Assembly (NCBI GenBank): GCA_963663765.2
Contig: CAXXUA010000005.1
Coordinates: 1,472,001-1,536,000 of the forward strand
DNA: 64,000 nucleotides
From: Candidatus Poribacteria bacterium
GTDB lineage: Bacteria; Poribacteria; WGA-4E; WGA-3G
Reading direction: 5' to 3'
The notes under the pieces are model-generated. The model had not been told where the DNA came from. It was given only the letters and a program-made list of their open reading frames with translations, and searched no databases. Every line of letters begins with the position of its first letter. Position 1 is the first letter of the stretch. Made by a program: the position numbers and the translations under genes. This document shows, in pieces, positions 61,101 through 64,000 of this stretch.

Positions 61101-62549
61101 CGAGAACGTATCACGCCACCTTTTACAGATGGTGGAATTCGGGAGTGGGGTGAAAGTGAAAATAGGGAGGAAGGTCCTCCTCCAGTACAAATGGATTTTA
61201 AGGATTACACACTTAAAAGCTTAACAAAAGTCGATGATTCTGCTCCAGCTGAATATAAGCGTGTTAAAGCCAATGTTTATTGGCGGATATACGATTTAGG
61301 ATTTTCATTGGAGAGTTTTGGAGAAATTGATCGTTGGCTTGCTGAAGATAATTCTAGAAAATTTGGTAGATCAGGAGATGGCAGAAAAATAGACAGATAC
61401 GGCAAGAAATACTCTTGGATTGCATATTATGAACTTGCTGGATTTCGAAAAGATGATAATTTACTATCAGATTACTATGACAGGACACGCTCTTTATATA
61501 TAGATATTGATCCAAGTTTTCCCGATGAACACCGAGAGTATAATTTAGCCAGAGAAGATTTTTTAGGTGATCGTGAAACGTCTACAGAACAGTGGGTTTT
61601 CAAGACCCCACATCCAAATTTGACATCGTATTTAAAAAAAGATGGTCTCTGTGGTGAAAAAGGAACCTGGATTCTGTTAAGTGGATTCCTGAGTCAGAAA
61701 GACAATCAAGTCAATCGTGATATGTTTTCCTTTTTGCAGGGACTGATTGTAAAATCCGAAGAGGTTGAGGAAATTGTTGAGATTTTGAAGAAGCAGGAGA
61801 AAATAGATAGGAGTACCCTACCGTACTGTCCGGAGGACGGTTACACATATGCAGATGAAATACCGTGGTGTGATACATATCCAGATAATAGTTGGGAAGA
61901 GGTGTCATTTAAGATAGGAACGATTATAGTTCCGGAAGAACAGCAAGTCATTCTATGCGATAGTGAACCTGTATCCGAAGAAGAATTGCAATCATTCTGG
62001 GATAGTATCGTGGATCTGATTGAACCAGAAGATTCTTTTGCAAAATTATTAGGATTCTGTGGTATAAACAGTATTACGAATCTAATTGGAACAAGGAATT
62101 GGGAATTGATTGAAGCACAATTGCACAAGCGAGGCTTTGAGTTGACAACGGAAACGGTCAATGTTGAACAGCCAGAATATCAGGAATTTGAGATGTTAGT
62201 TCCGGTAAGGGAAAACCACTGGTCGGATTCCAGTAATGCAGCCGTTCCTAGTCGAAGTGTAGCAATTCCAATTCGGCAGATTGCAGAAACCTTTAGTTTA
62301 TATGGTCATCCCCAGAGTTTTGATCTATTTGAAAAGGATGACAAACGTGCGTCAATAACCTTTTGCTATGGCGAGGAATGGAAAGACAAGCAGGATTTTA
62401 CATATCTACGTGAAGATTTACTGGAACGTTATCTGGCAAAGATAGGTGCAGAACTAATTTGGGTAATCTGGGGAAACCGACGTTTAGTATCTGAAAATCC
62501 TGGAGATCCGTATAAGAATTTTCATGAGGTAAAAATATATCGCCAGTGA
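58128..62549 (+). CDS. Avs/AVAST-like STAND NTPase with N-terminal PD-(D/E)XK nuclease
   Basis: FEELC...GDGVE...GWQAKF; Walker A GDAGIGKT; Walker B LIIDGLNE; C-terminal DRYGKKYSWIA and DIDPS. Confidence 0.75.
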   Translation: MIDWSKLKQYERDQPRSFEELCYQIAKGLHGDEGRFTFIDDSGGGDGVEFYLTLPNGDQWGWQAKFYHPNKRLSNSSRKQSIIKSLKKACKMHPRLKKWILCTPTEFTTHKDKNNEQDWFDNILPKSIPEKMDVELIHWGDSEFNNWLSEPRFSGKRNYFFGELELDFDWFKTQFDKQMVGVGDKYDSSLHTETNVDAEVHALLGDKAFVQQIYGWIVKLEEELTDLKDAINNINSPIPYIEWNGEERSKVIKAAESLQDFLLNINIQLKQTGDLLVEKDFSEVQSIDWRFALDQLHKTFNAYRKVVMESGITKMKCTTEKQYENQVLNYASSIVHGPDNLVARLLDKFFPSVIWQNGLINESDLHILGDAGIGKTHIACNICDDRLKNGLPALFVRGSQFRTDQAVEVQLRELLDIPPSYSWHDFLQALSAAAEAYHTRIPLIIDGLNESVQNGTFSNIWEFGLKGLVQEIAQTKNVVLITTCRGSYKEAIWKEVSPREDIILGMVIWKDKDSLNLVYAYGFYTDEVKQEAIEKYFNTYKIKADLTLAPLRQFEHPIYLKIFCETKNRERKTVKEIYVGEQTLFEVFEEYLNRCNRAVCERLGRHPKTNIVKPALNKMAEYLWQHSSREIPFEELVRIVDGQPREHLDWPSSKTRAIESEGLLVYRDWTGVGEVMHFTYDLLGGYLIAKYLVEQAADDVHGFLNSKETTAVLFGKDHQNLHPMHEDISRCLAALLPAKTGHFLHELSDNEKIFGLSIRALFEISPQDITENCIRLVANFFDEYKENRDWFLNLAETTVGHSDHPFNTSFWSDQLSALSMVERDLSWTEHIRNNREKFEELVKRFEKTSRNDKDISELSAKRLHLLAEYIMWILTSTVRPLRDIATRALYWYGRRFPQEFFDLVMKSFTINDSYVSERMLAATYGIAMARQNDFDDTSFVDEMLPKYAEQLYESMFKPNAPHATTHILARDYAKRTIDIALIHHPTLLSDERERITPPFTDGGIREWGESENREEGPPPVQMDFKDYTLKSLTKVDDSAPAEYKRVKANVYWRIYDLGFSLESFGEIDRWLAEDNSRKFGRSGDGRKIDRYGKKYSWIAYYELAGFRKDDNLLSDYYDRTRSLYIDIDPSFPDEHREYNLAREDFLGDRETSTEQWVFKTPHPNLTSYLKKDGLCGEKGTWILLSGFLSQKDNQVNRDMFSFLQGLIVKSEEVEEIVEILKKQEKIDRSTLPYCPEDGYTYADEIPWCDTYPDNSWEEVSFKIGTIIVPEEQQVILCDSEPVSEEELQSFWDSIVDLIEPEDSFAKLLGFCGINSITNLIGTRNWELIEAQLHKRGFELTTETVNVEQPEYQEFEMLVPVRENHWSDSSNAAVPSRSVAIPIRQIAETFSLYGHPQSFDLFEKDDKRASITFCYGEEWKDKQDFTYLREDLLERYLAKIGAELIWVIWGNRRLVSENPGDPYKNFHEVKIYRQ

Positions 62550-62599
62550 AATGTAGATAATATTTTGGCACAGCTTGGATTGAATAGGAAAGCATTGTA

Positions 62600-63877
62600 A
62601 TGAGTCTTAATAATTTACCTGCACATTGGAAGTTAGTGAGTTTTGGAGATGTTACCACATTTACAAGGAAACCGAGCGAATTACGATATTCAGAATATAA
62701 TGAAATTCCGTTTGTGCCTATGGAATTGATTCCAGTCTCCAAATTATTTTCAGAAGTATTTACACTCAAACCAAGCAATAAACTGACTAGTGGAACTTAT
62801 TTTGAACCAGGTGACATCCTTCTTTCAAAAATTACACCTTCTTTTGAAAATGGAAAACAGTGCATCATTGAGGAATTACCAACCCCTTTTGGTATAGCTA
62901 CAACTGAGGTGATTCCAATTCGGGAAGTGGAAGGTGTTAGTGATAAATTCTACCTTTTTTATTTTTTATTACTTTCTGACGTTCGAAGTTTGCTTGCGGG
63001 AAGAATGCAAGGAACGACTGGACGTCAGCGGCTAAATAAAGAAGCACTTGTTAACTTGGAAATTCCACTACCCTCGCTACCCGAACAACGCGCCATTGCC
63101 CACATCTTACACACAATCCAAGATGCAAAGTTCACCCGGCAACGCGAAATTGCATTAGAACGCGAACGCAAAGCAGCGTTAATGGATTTTCTTTTTTCTC
63201 ACGGCACGAAAGGCGAACCCCGCAAGCAGACAGAGATAGGCGAGATTCCTGAGAGTTGGGAAACTGTGTGTTTTGCAGATGCGGCTATATTTACAAAGAA
63301 ACCAAAGGACTTACGATATTCAGAATATAATCAAATTCCGTTTGTGCCGATGGAGTTGATTCCAATTGCAAAACATTTTTCTGAGGATTTCATACTCAAA
63401 ACGAATAATGAGCTAAAAAGTGGAACTTATTTTGAACTTGGTGACATTCTTCTTGCTAAAATTACACCATCTTTTGAAAATGGGAAACAGTGTATTTTTA
63501 AGGATTTGCCAACGCCATTTGGTATTGCTACGACCGAAGTAATTCCAATTCGGGAAGTGGAAGGCATTTCTGATATATCTTACCTTTTCTACTATCTATT
63601 ACTTCCGAATGTTCGCACTTCGCTTGCAGGAAAGATGCAAGGGACGACTGGTCGCCAAAGGTTAAACAAAGAAGCACTTGTTAACTTGGAAATACCTCTA
63701 CCCCCACTTTCTGAACAACGCGCCATTGCCAACATTTTCCGAGCAATTGACGATAAAACAGCAGCCCTTGAACGAGAAATTGAACTCATAGATGAACTCT
63801 TCCACGCGATGCTTGAAGAACTCATGACAGGGCAAAGATCTGCTGTGCCGCTAATTGACGATGAGATGCACGTGTGA
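62600..63877 (+). CDS. hsdS: Type I R-M specificity subunit with two near-identical TRDs
   Basis: Two repeats ending IPLP..EQRAIA; central KQTEIGEIPESW. Confidence 0.93.
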   Translation: MSLNNLPAHWKLVSFGDVTTFTRKPSELRYSEYNEIPFVPMELIPVSKLFSEVFTLKPSNKLTSGTYFEPGDILLSKITPSFENGKQCIIEELPTPFGIATTEVIPIREVEGVSDKFYLFYFLLLSDVRSLLAGRMQGTTGRQRLNKEALVNLEIPLPSLPEQRAIAHILHTIQDAKFTRQREIALERERKAALMDFLFSHGTKGEPRKQTEIGEIPESWETVCFADAAIFTKKPKDLRYSEYNQIPFVPMELIPIAKHFSEDFILKTNNELKSGTYFELGDILLAKITPSFENGKQCIFKDLPTPFGIATTEVIPIREVEGISDISYLFYYLLLPNVRTSLAGKMQGTTGRQRLNKEALVNLEIPLPPLSEQRAIANIFRAIDDKTAALEREIELIDELFHAMLEELMTGQRSAVPLIDDEMHV

Positions 63878-64000
63878 GGAATTTTCAATAAAGATGGGTG
63901 GGCATCAGTTCCATCAAAAGGTGGTCATCGGCAGTATAAACATCCAACAAAAAAAGGTAAGGTGACAGTATCTGGTAAAATGGGCAAAGATGTCCCGAAA
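63878..64000 (+). pseudogene. HicA-like toxin fragment lacking a start codon, running off the window end
   Basis: In the hsdS frame after TGA: KDGWASVPSKGGHRQYKHPTKKGKVTV. Confidence 0.65.

Noticed and set aside
1-64000. tRNA/rRNA genes, integrase or prophage
   Set aside because: None recognised by eye; a tRNAscan/Infernal run would be needed to exclude small RNAs

Overview
64-kb bacterial chromosomal window. The genome is probably Candidatus Poribacteria-like; this is inferred only from a C-terminal 'AVEPxxKLPTxWGxLK' motif and the gene content. Housekeeping genes (ndk, acnA, dnaE, mnmA, miaA, holA) and many secreted or lipoprotein genes alternate with dense clusters of GTAG-type REP-like hairpins, several MITE families with visible target-site duplications, and two intact IS elements (IS701/IS4-like and IS630). 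Defence content is high. It includes a Type II R-M pair with an HTH-fused methylase, a PIN toxin-antitoxin pair, a decayed DRT/Abi-like reverse transcriptase and a Type I hsdM-hsdS locus split by an Avs-like nuclease-STAND gene. The main locus of interest is at 35.7-46.7 kb. There a DUF488-DUF488-(dual-OB::RecQ) operon and a short Argonaute operon (REase-TIR-APAZ plus short pAgo, with the TIR catalytic Glu apparently replaced by Gln) occupy the same slot between duplicated AAA-nuclease and DUF488 gene ends. Family assignments come from motifs recognised by eye; no database searches were run.
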